This document shows, one piece after another, positions 28,732-38,651 of a stretch of 48,719 bases of DNA. A program made the position numbers and the translations under genes. The notes under the pieces were generated by a model that was given only the letters and a program-made list of their open reading frames with translations, was not told where the DNA came from and did no database searches. The DNA comes from Puniceicoccales bacterium. Lineage in GTDB: Bacteria; Verrucomicrobiota; Verrucomicrobiia; Opitutales; UBA9783. The stretch is taken from assembly GCA_031260015.1 (NCBI GenBank), contig JAIRKR010000010.1, positions 1-48,719 on the forward strand. The letters are read 5' to 3'. How positions within the stretch are numbered: position 1 is the first letter of the stretch; each line of letters starts with the position of its first letter.

Positions 28732-29646
28732 ATGTCTGACGAAAACAAAGTACATGCGACTTTGCGCAAAGTGCGTCAAATTGAATTGCGTGCACGTGTT
28801 TTGCTCAATGAAGTACTGAGTGGTACCTATCACAGTGTATTTAAGGGACAAGGTGTCAATTTTGAAGAAGTACGGGAATATTATTTTGGCGACGAAATTC
28901 GTTTTATTGACTGGAATATTACTGCCAAAATGGGGCACCCTTATATTAAAATCTTTCGTGAAGAACGTGAACTTACTTTGTTATTGGCCGTAGACATCAG
29001 CGGATCCAACGAATGGGGATCCAAACTGCAGACCAAACGCGAGTTTTCCGCAGAAGTTGCCAGCGTTTTAGCCTTTTCGGCGGCAAAAAACAATGATAAG
29101 GTAGGATTGGTACTGTTTTCTGACCAAATCGAACTATTCATACCTCCGCGCAAAGGACATCAACATTTATTGCGTATTATTCGGGAAATTCTATTTTTCA
29201 AACCACAACATACCTCCACGCATATTCCAAAATTTTTAAGCGCTCTTGGGCAGCTTCAAAAACGGAAGGCGATTGTTAGCATTATTTCAGATTTTGTCCC
29301 AACGCATTTGGAAAATAACCTAGAAAACGAAACCATCAAATCTTTGTCACTTCTGAATCAGTGTCACGATTTAATTTGCATACGTGTGGATGATCCAAGA
29401 GAACATCAACTGCCGGATGTTGGCTACATCACTTTGCAGGATGCGGAAACCCAGCAATTGTTCTACTTAAATACGCGTTCCATGCAAACGAGGCAACGAT
29501 TTGAAACTTTGGCTCAGGAAAAAATTAAAAACTTTCAAAGTAATTGCCAAAGATGTGGTATTGATGTCATTCAATTACACAATGGACAAGCTTATTTACC
29601 TCTCCTGCAGGCTTTTTTTAACACACGCAAGCAATTAAAACGATGA
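28732..29646 (+). CDS. DUF58-domain protein (vWA-like partner of MoxR)
   Basis: 304 aa. VREYYFGDEIRFIDWNITAKMGHPYIKIFREERE signature. Starts 1 nt after the moxR stop. Confidence 0.88.
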   Translation: MSDENKVHATLRKVRQIELRARVLLNEVLSGTYHSVFKGQGVNFEEVREYYFGDEIRFIDWNITAKMGHPYIKIFREERELTLLLAVDISGSNEWGSKLQTKREFSAEVASVLAFSAAKNNDKVGLVLFSDQIELFIPPRKGHQHLLRIIREILFFKPQHTSTHIPKFLSALGQLQKRKAIVSIISDFVPTHLENNLENETIKSLSLLNQCHDLICIRVDDPREHQLPDVGYITLQDAETQQLFYLNTRSMQTRQRFETLAQEKIKNFQSNCQRCGIDVIQLHNGQAYLPLLQAFFNTRKQLKR

Positions 29647-30416
29647 AATGGGTACAAGTTCTACTGCTTATTCTTTATTTTAATACGGTTACGAAAGTGG
29701 ACGAAGGTGCTTCGGTTATGAATGAGCGTACTCCATCAATCCATGAAGAAGAGGATTCGAACGAAGCAACTACCGTAAAAATTCAAGAGGATGATTCTGT
29801 TATCCAACCGACTTTCGTAACGCAATCGTCACGGGATGCGGTTGCAAACGATGAAACAACCCCTATTCTGGCGGAAGATTCCATAGATGAAGATATTCAA
29901 GATATTCGCCCCGTCGTCACATTACCTTGGGGTTGGAAAAGTATTCTCATCTGGAGTTTATTGGGACTGATGATAGTTTTCGTCATGATTTACGTCATTT
30001 ATAGGCGCAGAACCCATCGAATTAGAAAAAGTTTGGTCCCCATGGATCCTTATGCGCAAGCGCTGGGCGGTATTGAAAATGCTCGAAAATATATTCAGGA
30101 AAAAAGTCCAAAAACATTTGCAAATTTACTCACGGATGCCGTCCGCCAATATTTGTCACTTGTATTCCATCTTCCTGCTCCCGAGTGCACCACCGAAGAA
30201 GTTTTGGAGCGCATTCGTGAAATTTCGTATTTCGATTCCAATCTCCAAATGTGCATTGAAAATTTTCTCAAACAATGCGACATCGCCAAATTTACTCAAC
30301 GACCTCTGGAGCATGAATCCAGAAATGCTTTGTACACGGAAGCAAAGCAGATCGTCAATTACGCAGAGAAATTACATCAAAGCCGACAACAATCTTCCAC
30401 TGAAAGTTCCGCATAA
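29643..30416 (+). CDS. Membrane protein of the Bat operon (DUF4381-like position and architecture)
   Basis: 257 aa. Signal-like N-terminus, acidic linker, one TM helix (ILIWSLLGLMIVFVMIYVIY). ATGA start/stop overlap with the DUF58 gene. Confidence 0.6.
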   Translation: MKWVQVLLLILYFNTVTKVDEGASVMNERTPSIHEEEDSNEATTVKIQEDDSVIQPTFVTQSSRDAVANDETTPILAEDSIDEDIQDIRPVVTLPWGWKSILIWSLLGLMIVFVMIYVIYRRRTHRIRKSLVPMDPYAQALGGIENARKYIQEKSPKTFANLLTDAVRQYLSLVFHLPAPECTTEEVLERIREISYFDSNLQMCIENFLKQCDIAKFTQRPLEHESRNALYTEAKQIVNYAEKLHQSRQQSSTESSA

Positions 30417-30424
30417 GCACGTGT

Positions 30425-31372
30425 ATGGAAGAAACATTTGCGTTCAAACACCCCTGGATCCTTATTCATCTATTTTGGATTCCATTGATTTTTGTATGCT
30501 GGTTAAAAACCTGGACGCCGCCCAAGAGCTTAATTTATACAACGGCCAATAATCATCCCAAGATACAAATACCTCCGCACGTAATTCCGTTGTTTTTCAG
30601 GTCTTTGTGTTTGGCAAGCATTCTATTGGGGATAGCTCAGCCGCAGAGGATATACACGCATCGGCAATGCCAAAGCAGTGGTATCGATCTGATTTTAGCG
30701 CTCGATCTTTCGAGTTCTATGCGAGTCCCCGATTTTGCCATCAACCAATTTCAAAGGGTTACACGCATCCAGGCTGCCAAGGCTGTTATTGCAGAATTTA
30801 TTCAACAACGGCAATATGACCGCATTGGCCTTGTAACGTTTGCCCGTTATCCTTATTTGGTGAGCCCTCTTACCTTAAATCATGCTTGGTTGCTCAAAAA
30901 TTTAGATCGTTTAAATGCGGGACTTATTGAGGATGGTACGGCCATCGGCAGCGCTATTACCATGTGCGTGAACCGGCTTAAGGACTTGCAGGCCAAGACC
31001 CGCATCATCATCCTATTGACGGATGGTGTCAATAATTGCGGCAATGTTGCTCCCATTATGGCTGCGGAAGCGGCGGAACATTTTCAAACAAAAATTTACA
31101 CCATCGTTGTTGGCAACGATCAATTTTTTCCCGTGGACGAGCAAACACTTGTGCAGGTAGCCGAAAAAACCGGTGGCCGTTTCTATCGAGCTTACGATGT
31201 ATCTACTCTGAAACAAATTTACAAAGAAATTGATCAATTGGAAAAAACAAAAATTTCACTGGAGGGTCACACGACCTGTTCAGAGCTGTTTACCCTATGT
31301 CTGTGGTTGGCCCTCGCATTTTTTTCTGTAGAACAAATTTTAAAAAATAGCCGTTATCGCACGCTACCATGA
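30425..31372 (+). CDS. batA: vWA-domain membrane protein BatA
   Basis: 315 aa. N-terminal TM helices and a vWA MIDAS-type DLSSSM motif (LALDLSSSM). Operon position. Confidence 0.85.
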   Translation: MEETFAFKHPWILIHLFWIPLIFVCWLKTWTPPKSLIYTTANNHPKIQIPPHVIPLFFRSLCLASILLGIAQPQRIYTHRQCQSSGIDLILALDLSSSMRVPDFAINQFQRVTRIQAAKAVIAEFIQQRQYDRIGLVTFARYPYLVSPLTLNHAWLLKNLDRLNAGLIEDGTAIGSAITMCVNRLKDLQAKTRIIILLTDGVNNCGNVAPIMAAEAAEHFQTKIYTIVVGNDQFFPVDEQTLVQVAEKTGGRFYRAYDVSTLKQIYKEIDQLEKTKISLEGHTTCSELFTLCLWLALAFFSVEQILKNSRYRTLP

Positions 31373-32370
31373 AGTTTCAATCTTCTTATGTTTGGATTTT
31401 GGGAATTATCTACGTTACTTTGCTGTACGTAGTCGCATTTTTCGTTCAACGTAAAACAAATAAGTTATTGCATACGTGGTCACAGCAAAAATACTTACCT
31501 ATTCAATATACGCGCCCCATTGCATACAAAATTAGTCGTTGGGTTTTGCTACTGGGACTTGTTGCTTTATTTATGGCATTGGCACGGCCCCAGTGGGGTG
31601 AAGTGACTGAAAAACGTCAGCAAACGGGACTCAACGTATTGTTTGCCATCGACACCTCCAAAAGCATGTTGGCCAACGATGTCAGGCCCAATCGTCTTGA
31701 TTTGGCCAAATTGAGCATCGAGGAACTGTTGAAGTCGTTGCAAGGTAACCAAGTAGGACTTATTGCGTTTGCCGGAAATGCATTTCTGCAGTGTCCTACA
31801 ACGGCGGATCACGGTGCTTTTAAGCTTTCGCTGCGTGCTTTGGATACGAATGTTATTCCACGAGGGGGTACCAACCTATCGGAAGCCATTCAACTTGCAA
31901 TCCGTACCTTCGATACAAACGCGAGCTACAAACAACTTATTTTGTTGACGGATGGGGAAAACTTGTCCGGAGACGTGATGCAGGCTGCAAAGGAGGCCTC
32001 TCAAAACGGTGTTGTCATCCATACGGTCGGCATAGGGTCCGAGAAAGGGACGAGCATCGGCATTAAAAACGAACGTGGCATTATTGAATACCTAAAGGAT
32101 GCCCAGGGCAAAATAGTCATTACCCGTTTGGATGAAAATACGTTAAAACAAATTGCACAAATAACACGGGGATTTTATGTTCCTTTGGGTAATGCCGGAG
32201 AAGGTCTGCAACAAATTTATAACGTAGCCTTAAAACACTTACCTAAAGAAAACTTTGACAGTGAAGACAAGATCCCTATAGAACGTTTTCATGGGTTTGC
32301 CGGATTGGCATTTCTGTTTTTACTGTTAGAGCCTTGCCTATTTTTCAGAAAAGGAAAGATGCGATTTTAA
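31369..32370 (+). CDS. batB: vWA-domain membrane protein BatB
   Basis: 333 aa. AIDTSKSM MIDAS motif, LLTDGEN. ATGA overlap with batA. Confidence 0.85.
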   Translation: MKFQSSYVWILGIIYVTLLYVVAFFVQRKTNKLLHTWSQQKYLPIQYTRPIAYKISRWVLLLGLVALFMALARPQWGEVTEKRQQTGLNVLFAIDTSKSMLANDVRPNRLDLAKLSIEELLKSLQGNQVGLIAFAGNAFLQCPTTADHGAFKLSLRALDTNVIPRGGTNLSEAIQLAIRTFDTNASYKQLILLTDGENLSGDVMQAAKEASQNGVVIHTVGIGSEKGTSIGIKNERGIIEYLKDAQGKIVITRLDENTLKQIAQITRGFYVPLGNAGEGLQQIYNVALKHLPKENFDSEDKIPIERFHGFAGLAFLFLLLEPCLFFRKGKMRF

Positions 32371-32371
32371 G

Positions 32372-33121
32372 ATGAAAATTGAATGTTTATTGCTTCTTAT
32401 ATTCTGTAGCTTGACAAATTTTTTAAAAGGTGAAACAAGTCCATTGACTGCAGCAAAAGCCCGCCATCAAAAATACTGCGAACAACATCCCGACGTTTGG
32501 CAAGGACATTACAATTTGGCCAATATTCATTATAAAGAAGAAGCCTTTGATGAAGCGCAAATATCCTATGAACAAGCGCTCGAAAAATGTACGCGTCCGC
32601 AGGAACAGGAAAGCATATTTTATAATTTAGGTAATACTTACTATCGCCAGTTCCAACAAACTCAAGATGTCAAGCAACAGATGGCGAGCTTGGAAAAAAG
32701 TATTAAATTTTTTGAAAGTACACTTGCGCTCAATGCCGAAGCAGAAGATGCCCGGCATAATTTAGAAGTTGCAAAAAAAGCCTTTGAAAAATTGAAAAAA
32801 AACCAAGAGCAACAAGATCAGGAGCAACCACAGGATAATTCTAACAATACATCCAACGACTCCAATGCAAACAATGAATCGTCTTCAAAGGAGAATGAAC
32901 CAGAAAATAAAGCACCCGAAAAACAGCAGCAACAACAGCCACCAAACCGCATGAATGAAAGTGCTCCCCAGCAGGCTCCGATGCCCCAGCAAGAAAAATC
33001 TCAGCAAGAAATGGAGACTTTACTCAATAGCACCAAAGGGGATGAAAAAGTACTGCCCATGAATTTTTCCAACAATTCTCAAAATTTACCCGAGGATCTA
33101 GAGGTTTTACACGATTGGTGA
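32372..33121 (+). CDS. batC: TPR-repeat protein BatC with a Q/N/E-rich low-complexity tail
   Basis: 249 aa. Signal peptide and TPR-like helices (YNLANIHYKEEAFDEAQISYEQAL, FYNLGNTYYRQ). Operon position. Confidence 0.7.
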   Translation: MKIECLLLLIFCSLTNFLKGETSPLTAAKARHQKYCEQHPDVWQGHYNLANIHYKEEAFDEAQISYEQALEKCTRPQEQESIFYNLGNTYYRQFQQTQDVKQQMASLEKSIKFFESTLALNAEAEDARHNLEVAKKAFEKLKKNQEQQDQEQPQDNSNNTSNDSNANNESSSKENEPENKAPEKQQQQQPPNRMNESAPQQAPMPQQEKSQQEMETLLNSTKGDEKVLPMNFSNNSQNLPEDLEVLHDW

Positions 33122-33125
33122 TGGT

Positions 33126-34937
33126 ATGCTTTTACGAAAAAAATATTGTCAATGGGGGTGTGTCCTATTTCTCTGCAGTCAAGGATTAGGTAACACAGAT
33201 GTCGCATTTGAAGCGACGTTTCATCCCTCGACCATTCACCTGGGTGAACGTACAACGTGGATGGTAACGGCTAAAAATGTTATTGTACGTCAAGTGAATT
33301 TCCCCCAACCCAGGGTCGATAATTTACGACTCAAATACGAAAGCGGAACTTTCAACACACAAATCATAAATGGTATTTCCCAGCAATCCACACTGTGGCG
33401 CTTTTCTGCTTTCCCTCAGAGTGCGGGTACTTTTCAAATACCGGAAATCAACATCGACGTTCAGGGACAAACCTATACGATTCCCAGTTCGACCCTGACG
33501 GTGTTACCTGCGGATGCCCGTATGCAACAGAACACAGCCGGTACCTCTACCCCCATCTTTTTACATCTAGAACACAAAATGCCCAACACCTGGTATCTTG
33601 GACAAAGTTGCCCAATGGAAATCCAACTGTTGATAGCAGATGATGTACGCGGTCAACTTACCAATTTACCTCAAAAAAATGGAGATACTTTTGCAACCAC
33701 ACATCTAACGGATGCGCCCGAAAAAACTTACAAAAGCATTCAAGGCACAAATTACCAATGCATCTCTTGGGCAACGCTTGTTACACCTCTAAAGTCGGGT
33801 CCACAAACTTTAAGTTTTAATTTGGATTTGATGATAGAGCAGCCCTCCGTGCTTAATCCAAGGTTAGATGATGAGGATGACAATGACTTACTATCATTTT
33901 TTAACCATAGCTTCAGCAGTGTTTTTTCGCAACCTAAAGCCCTAACCGTCGATACCGCACCCCTCAAGGTGGTCGTTCAACCGCTTCCTACGCCACAACC
34001 GCAGCCTTTTCATCAAGCCATTGGGTATTTTCAATTGGCAAGTCCAAGGATTGAAGAAAAGGAAGCCATTCAGGATGAGCCTATCACATTCCACGTTACA
34101 TTGCAGGGATCGGGGAATTTCGAAAGAATTCAAGAGCCCACTTTAATCTTTGATGCGGGAGAATGGCGAACTTATCTACCTAAGTCCAATTTTGAACCTT
34201 CGGATAGGTTGGGTTTTACGGGGAAAATGCACTACGAATACCTTATCGTTCCGCTGAAATCGGGAGAAATAGAACTACCGCTTGTACATTTTTGTTACTT
34301 TGATACCACAACGCAATCCTATGTCCATCTAAAAAAAGCTTACCCTTTTAAACTCAACGTTAAACCGCCCATAAAGGCGTCTCAGGCGCAGACCTTACCC
34401 AGGGAAGTCAAGACATCGCCCGAACCTTCCATTCCCTTGTTTGGAAAAATTATTTTACAAAACATTCGTTGGGAGAATCCACAATGGTTGTGGCAAAGAA
34501 CGAATTTTTACCTGCTCCAATGGATACTGGTTTTAATAAGTCTAGGTTTAAGTTTCATGGGCATTCGTTACCATAGACGCACTTATAATAAGGCGTATCA
34601 GCTCAAAATGCAGCATAAAATTTTGTACAAAAAGACCGAAAGAGCATTGAAGCAAGCTTTTAATGCACGGGACGTAAGCGCATTTTATAGCTGCGCTTAC
34701 AAAATTGTTTCCCTAACCATTTTGCTAAAATGTAAACGGCAAAATATTACGGTAAATGAAATAGACGATTTGGTAACACAACTTGCCAATTTGGGGATTC
34801 AATTACCCAACGAACAATTGCAATATTTACAATCGCTCGAACAAAAGTATCGACAGAGTCAATTTGGCCAATTTAATGACGAGCAATGTCCAGATTCCCT
34901 ACAAGATCTAAAAGATTTACTACGCGCAATAAAATGA
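33126..34937 (+). CDS. batD: BatD-like protein (oxygen-tolerance family), C-terminal TM helix
   Basis: 603 aa. Signal peptide, beta-rich body, TM helix near residue 480. Size and position are as in Bat operons. Confidence 0.72.
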   Translation: MLLRKKYCQWGCVLFLCSQGLGNTDVAFEATFHPSTIHLGERTTWMVTAKNVIVRQVNFPQPRVDNLRLKYESGTFNTQIINGISQQSTLWRFSAFPQSAGTFQIPEINIDVQGQTYTIPSSTLTVLPADARMQQNTAGTSTPIFLHLEHKMPNTWYLGQSCPMEIQLLIADDVRGQLTNLPQKNGDTFATTHLTDAPEKTYKSIQGTNYQCISWATLVTPLKSGPQTLSFNLDLMIEQPSVLNPRLDDEDDNDLLSFFNHSFSSVFSQPKALTVDTAPLKVVVQPLPTPQPQPFHQAIGYFQLASPRIEEKEAIQDEPITFHVTLQGSGNFERIQEPTLIFDAGEWRTYLPKSNFEPSDRLGFTGKMHYEYLIVPLKSGEIELPLVHFCYFDTTTQSYVHLKKAYPFKLNVKPPIKASQAQTLPREVKTSPEPSIPLFGKIILQNIRWENPQWLWQRTNFYLLQWILVLISLGLSFMGIRYHRRTYNKAYQLKMQHKILYKKTERALKQAFNARDVSAFYSCAYKIVSLTILLKCKRQNITVNEIDDLVTQLANLGIQLPNEQLQYLQSLEQKYRQSQFGQFNDEQCPDSLQDLKDLLRAIK

Positions 34938-35683
34938 AACCAAAGTACCTGCAGATTATTTTAACCCTACTATTCATGAGCACATCGATGGTTCGTGCCA
35001 TCGATTTACCCACAGCTCAAATGTATATCCAGGAAGGCAACAAGTGTTTTGGAGAAAAAAATTTAGAATTGGCGGCCGATTACTATGAAAAAGCCTTACG
35101 GTATGCACCCAGTGCACACGTGTATTTTAATTTAGGAAATACGTACGCTTCCCTAAAACGTCCAGGATACGCTTTATTTTATTTTCTCAAGGCAAAACAG
35201 TATCGCCCTCGGTGGACCGAACTTAATCAAACCATACAATCGTTGTATCAATCTTATCCCACCCTCTCACCGTTGAAATCAACTTGGTATCACGCGATTG
35301 TTCAGGCTGTAACCCTAAATGCGTGGGTTGTATTGTTAGACGTTTGTTTTTGGATAAGCATGTTTTCAATCATCATCTACATTTGCTTTGCGCACAGGAA
35401 GATGTATGTACAATTGGGCGGCTTCTGTGGAACATTGTTTTTGTGCATGGGTATTTTATTATACGTCCATAAAAATAATCTTCGTACAGGTGTACTCATC
35501 GAAGAAAATCCCATTCGTTTTGCTCCTACGGAGTCAAGTCCCGTTCGGCAAAATATACCCGAAGGTACTTTGTGTGAAATATCCGATCGACGTGATCAAT
35601 TTATATACGTCAAAACAGAGCTCGCTGAAGGGTGGATCTTATCCGAAAAAATAAGACCATTGTACGCAAATTCAAATTCCTAA
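34934..35683 (+). CDS. batE: BatE-like TPR plus C-terminal SH3-like domain membrane protein
   Basis: Met at 34934 gives the signal MKPKYLQIILTLLFMSTSMVRA and an ATGA overlap with batD. TPR (YFNLGNTYASLKRPGYALFYFLKA), TM helices, and an SH3-like tail (CEISDRRDQFIYVKTELAEGWILSEKI). Confidence 0.62.
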   Translation: MKPKYLQIILTLLFMSTSMVRAIDLPTAQMYIQEGNKCFGEKNLELAADYYEKALRYAPSAHVYFNLGNTYASLKRPGYALFYFLKAKQYRPRWTELNQTIQSLYQSYPTLSPLKSTWYHAIVQAVTLNAWVVLLDVCFWISMFSIIIYICFAHRKMYVQLGGFCGTLFLCMGILLYVHKNNLRTGVLIEENPIRFAPTESSPVRQNIPEGTLCEISDRRDQFIYVKTELAEGWILSEKIRPLYANSNS

Positions 35684-35816
35684 AACATAAGAAACACAAA
35701 ACTATTTAAGAAAACACCAGGAGATTTATTTGAAATAGTTCCATTTTAGAATTTTAATAAACCGTCAAATTAAGGTTGCAAAGCATGTGCTCCCATAGTG
35801 TGGTTAAAAAGTCTTA

Positions 35817-35891
35817 GCTCTCGTAGTTCAATGGATAGAGCGTTGGCCTCCGAAGCCAGAAGTTCGGGTTCAAGTCCCGACGAGAGCGCCA
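35817..35891 (+). tRNA. tRNA-Arg (anticodon CCG), CCA encoded
   Basis: Acceptor GCTCTCG/CGAGAGC. Anticodon stem TTGGC/GCCAG with loop CTCCGAA. T-arm TCGGG-TTCAAGT-CCCGA. Confidence 0.93.
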
Positions 35892-35970
35892 TAAGTTTCT
35901 TATTTTTTATGAAACCAATACTTACAAGCATTGTTTATTTTGCCTTGGAGAAAGTAAATAACATTGAATC

Positions 35971-36441
35971 ATGAAAAGCTTTCAAAATAACATTTATATT
36001 TTTTTATGGACCCTACTGTTGGTTTTTTTTGACCAATTTAGCAAAATAAGTATTGTAAAATATTTTCCAATGAATGAACCGTACGTCATTATACCTAACC
36101 TATTCTCCATCTGTTACGTTACCAATACGGGATCCGTGTGGGGAATTTTCCAAAATGCTTCACAGGTATTAGCTTATTGCGGTGTTGCAGCCGCTGTAGG
36201 ATTGTGTCTCTGCATGTCTAAAATTACTTTGCCCAATTGCATGGCAAAACTTGCTTTTGGCGGTGCTCTTAGCGGGATTATAGGGAACTCGATAGACCGA
36301 TTCTATCATTCGGGCGTTATAGATTTTTTGGATTTTTATTACAAAAGTTACCACTGGCCTTGCTTCAATTTGGCCGACGCTTACTTGTGCCTCGCCTGTA
36401 CATTTTTCATCTTAACCTCCATCAAGAAAAATAAAGCATAA
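35971..36441 (+). CDS. lspA: Lipoprotein signal peptidase II
   Basis: 156 aa. Four TM segments. NTGSVWG, GNSIDR, VIDFLDF and FNLAD motifs. Confidence 0.9.
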   Translation: MKSFQNNIYIFLWTLLLVFFDQFSKISIVKYFPMNEPYVIIPNLFSICYVTNTGSVWGIFQNASQVLAYCGVAAAVGLCLCMSKITLPNCMAKLAFGGALSGIIGNSIDRFYHSGVIDFLDFYYKSYHWPCFNLADAYLCLACTFFILTSIKKNKA

Positions 36442-36585
36442 CCATCGTATGGGTTGAAATAACATGACGACGAAAAGATAGAATGTGCCTTTTACCACAA
36501 TTCGTTGAAACGAGGGGCGGCATTGTACTTCTGTCTATCTTAACACGGCTTGCATTTTTTCTCATAACCGATACCCTAAAATTAC

Positions 36586-37707
36586 ATGACCGAAGCCTAC
36601 CTCATTTACGCGTCTTCAGATCGAGACCCCAATTTATTCTACTGGGGAAACTTTAGGGCTCCAGACCCATTCCTTGCGCTTAAAATAGATGAAAAAACCA
36701 TCGCCGTCGTTTCCACATTGGAATATGGGCGATGCAAAAAGGATAGCACATTTTCCGAAGTTCTACTGTGGTCGGATGTACTGCAGGTAGCTATGGATCA
36801 ATCGGTTAAAGACAATTGCTGTAAAGTTATTTTGCATCTGCAAAGAGCATATCAGGTTTCTTCTTTCATCATTCCAGACGATTTCCCTGCCCATTTATAC
36901 GAAACTTTAAGAAAGTTGGTTCCCATAAGGTTTGATACCGTTTTCTTTCAGACGCAACGTCGGTTCAAGTCCGCATCCGAAGTGGAACACATCAAAACCG
37001 CATGTCAATTGACGAGCCAAGCCATTTTGTACGCACGTGCTATCCTAAAGAAAAGCCGTACGGACGCTATCCAGCCTTTTTTATATTATCGGGAAAAGGT
37101 ATTAACTTCCGAACGATTGCGCAGTGCCATCGAATGCTATTGCCTAAAAAAAGGAGGACATTGCACGGGAACGATTGTCAGTTGTTCTCAACAGGCAGCG
37201 GATCCTCACTGCGAAGGGACGGGCCCATTGTGTGCGAACGAATTTATCGTGATAGATGTTTTCCCTCGATTGAATCAAAATGGTTATTATGGAGATATGA
37301 CGAGAACTTTTCTAAAAGGCGTTGCTTCCATACGGCAGAAACAGCTATTTGCGTGCGTTCAATCCTGTCAAAGGGAACTCATTGGATGTATTTGTCCCGG
37401 AGTCAATACCAAAGACCTGATGCAGTTTGCACAAAATTACTTCGAACAGAATGGTTTTGGTCTGCGAAAGACAAGTGATGTTTGCGAAGGTTTTATTCAC
37501 AGCGTAGGACATGGACTCGGTCTGGGATTACACGAATACCCTTCTGTGGGTACCAATTCTGTCGTACTGGAACCCAACATGGTGTTTACGGTTGAACCCG
37601 GCCTCTACTTTCGCGATTTTGGGGGTGTTCGCATCGAAGACGTTGTCCAAGTTACTTCGACGGGTTGCCAACTACTATCTCGCTGTCCTTACCAATGGAT
37701 ATTGTAG
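36586..37707 (+). CDS. M24-family Xaa-Pro aminopeptidase/dipeptidase
   Basis: 373 aa. Metal ligand pattern (DVFPRLNQNGYYGDMTRTF, HSVGHGLGLGLHE, VEPGLY, IEDVV). Confidence 0.88.
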   Translation: MTEAYLIYASSDRDPNLFYWGNFRAPDPFLALKIDEKTIAVVSTLEYGRCKKDSTFSEVLLWSDVLQVAMDQSVKDNCCKVILHLQRAYQVSSFIIPDDFPAHLYETLRKLVPIRFDTVFFQTQRRFKSASEVEHIKTACQLTSQAILYARAILKKSRTDAIQPFLYYREKVLTSERLRSAIECYCLKKGGHCTGTIVSCSQQAADPHCEGTGPLCANEFIVIDVFPRLNQNGYYGDMTRTFLKGVASIRQKQLFACVQSCQRELIGCICPGVNTKDLMQFAQNYFEQNGFGLRKTSDVCEGFIHSVGHGLGLGLHEYPSVGTNSVVLEPNMVFTVEPGLYFRDFGGVRIEDVVQVTSTGCQLLSRCPYQWIL

Positions 37708-37826
37708 TTGATCCTCAATCCAAGTATTCCTTATCATTGTAGCACCAGAAAGCACATACACTTGTTCCATATTCTCAGGTAAGTTGAAAAAATGACGACC
37801 CACAGTGTAGGGGTTTTATGTGAGCC

Positions 37827-38639
37827 TTATAAATATGCCGTTTCGATTTCAATCACGCGATGGGCTTGATTGCGGAAAGAACAGTAACCATAATTGCAAT
37901 TTACCTGAAGCTTTCCCCCCGGCATTGTTAAGCAGACTGAATAAACTGTAAGGTCAAACAATAAGCCATAAACGAAAGCAACGGCACACGCGCTAGAACC
38001 TGATCCTAATGTATAGCCTGAGCCTCTTTCCCAAATTTCAACCCTCCCTCGATTTTGCTTGTAAAAATGGACAAATTGGACGTTTGTTTTGTCAGGAAAC
38101 CAAGGATGCCTTTCCAGTAAAGGCCCTAGAGTCTTTGCCAATGCGGAAGAAAGCTTTTTTACGGGGACAACGCAATGGGGGTTCCCCACATCCACCTCAA
38201 ATAAAGGCAATACGTCGGGTAAATCAAAGGTACTTTTTATGTTTTTGGGGACTTCGTAAAGTTTTTTTGAACGTAAGCTCGCTAAGCCCAATTGAAGCTC
38301 AACGTGATGCGGCGTAACGTGACACGCAACGTGGCAAAATTTTGATGGTACCAAAGTAATTTGAGCCGTGTCTCCGTCTAAATACTTATCGGCCAAATAG
38401 CGTGCAAAAATAGTGAGTCCATTGCCACTTATGGCGGCAGAACTTCCATCGGCATTCCAGATTTTTAACCCGTAAGAGGTTCCATCCACAAACATGGGCC
38501 CTTGTAAAACACCATCTCCCCCTAACCCTTGGTGCCGATGGCAAAGGAATTGGACCGTTTTAATGGAAAGACGCTTCTTTGCAACGGGATCCAAAATCCA
38601 ATAGTCGTTACCCAAAGCGCAATATTTGGTGAGCCGCAT
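37827..38639 (-). CDS. dapF: Diaminopimelate epimerase
   Basis: 270 aa. GNDY N-terminus, first catalytic Cys context VDVGNPHCVV, second in GSGSSACAVA. Confidence 0.92.
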   Translation of the reverse strand: MRLTKYCALGNDYWILDPVAKKRLSIKTVQFLCHRHQGLGGDGVLQGPMFVDGTSYGLKIWNADGSSAAISGNGLTIFARYLADKYLDGDTAQITLVPSKFCHVACHVTPHHVELQLGLASLRSKKLYEVPKNIKSTFDLPDVLPLFEVDVGNPHCVVPVKKLSSALAKTLGPLLERHPWFPDKTNVQFVHFYKQNRGRVEIWERGSGYTLGSGSSACAVAFVYGLLFDLTVYSVCLTMPGGKLQVNCNYGYCSFRNQAHRVIEIETAYL

Positions 38640-38651
38640 AAGCCGATTCTA

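Noticed and set aside
32924-32938. A CAG/CAA-rich repeat that looks like a simple-sequence or CRISPR-like repeat.
   Set aside because: It is in frame within batC and encodes a poly-Q stretch. No spacer-repeat periodicity exists there or anywhere else in the window.
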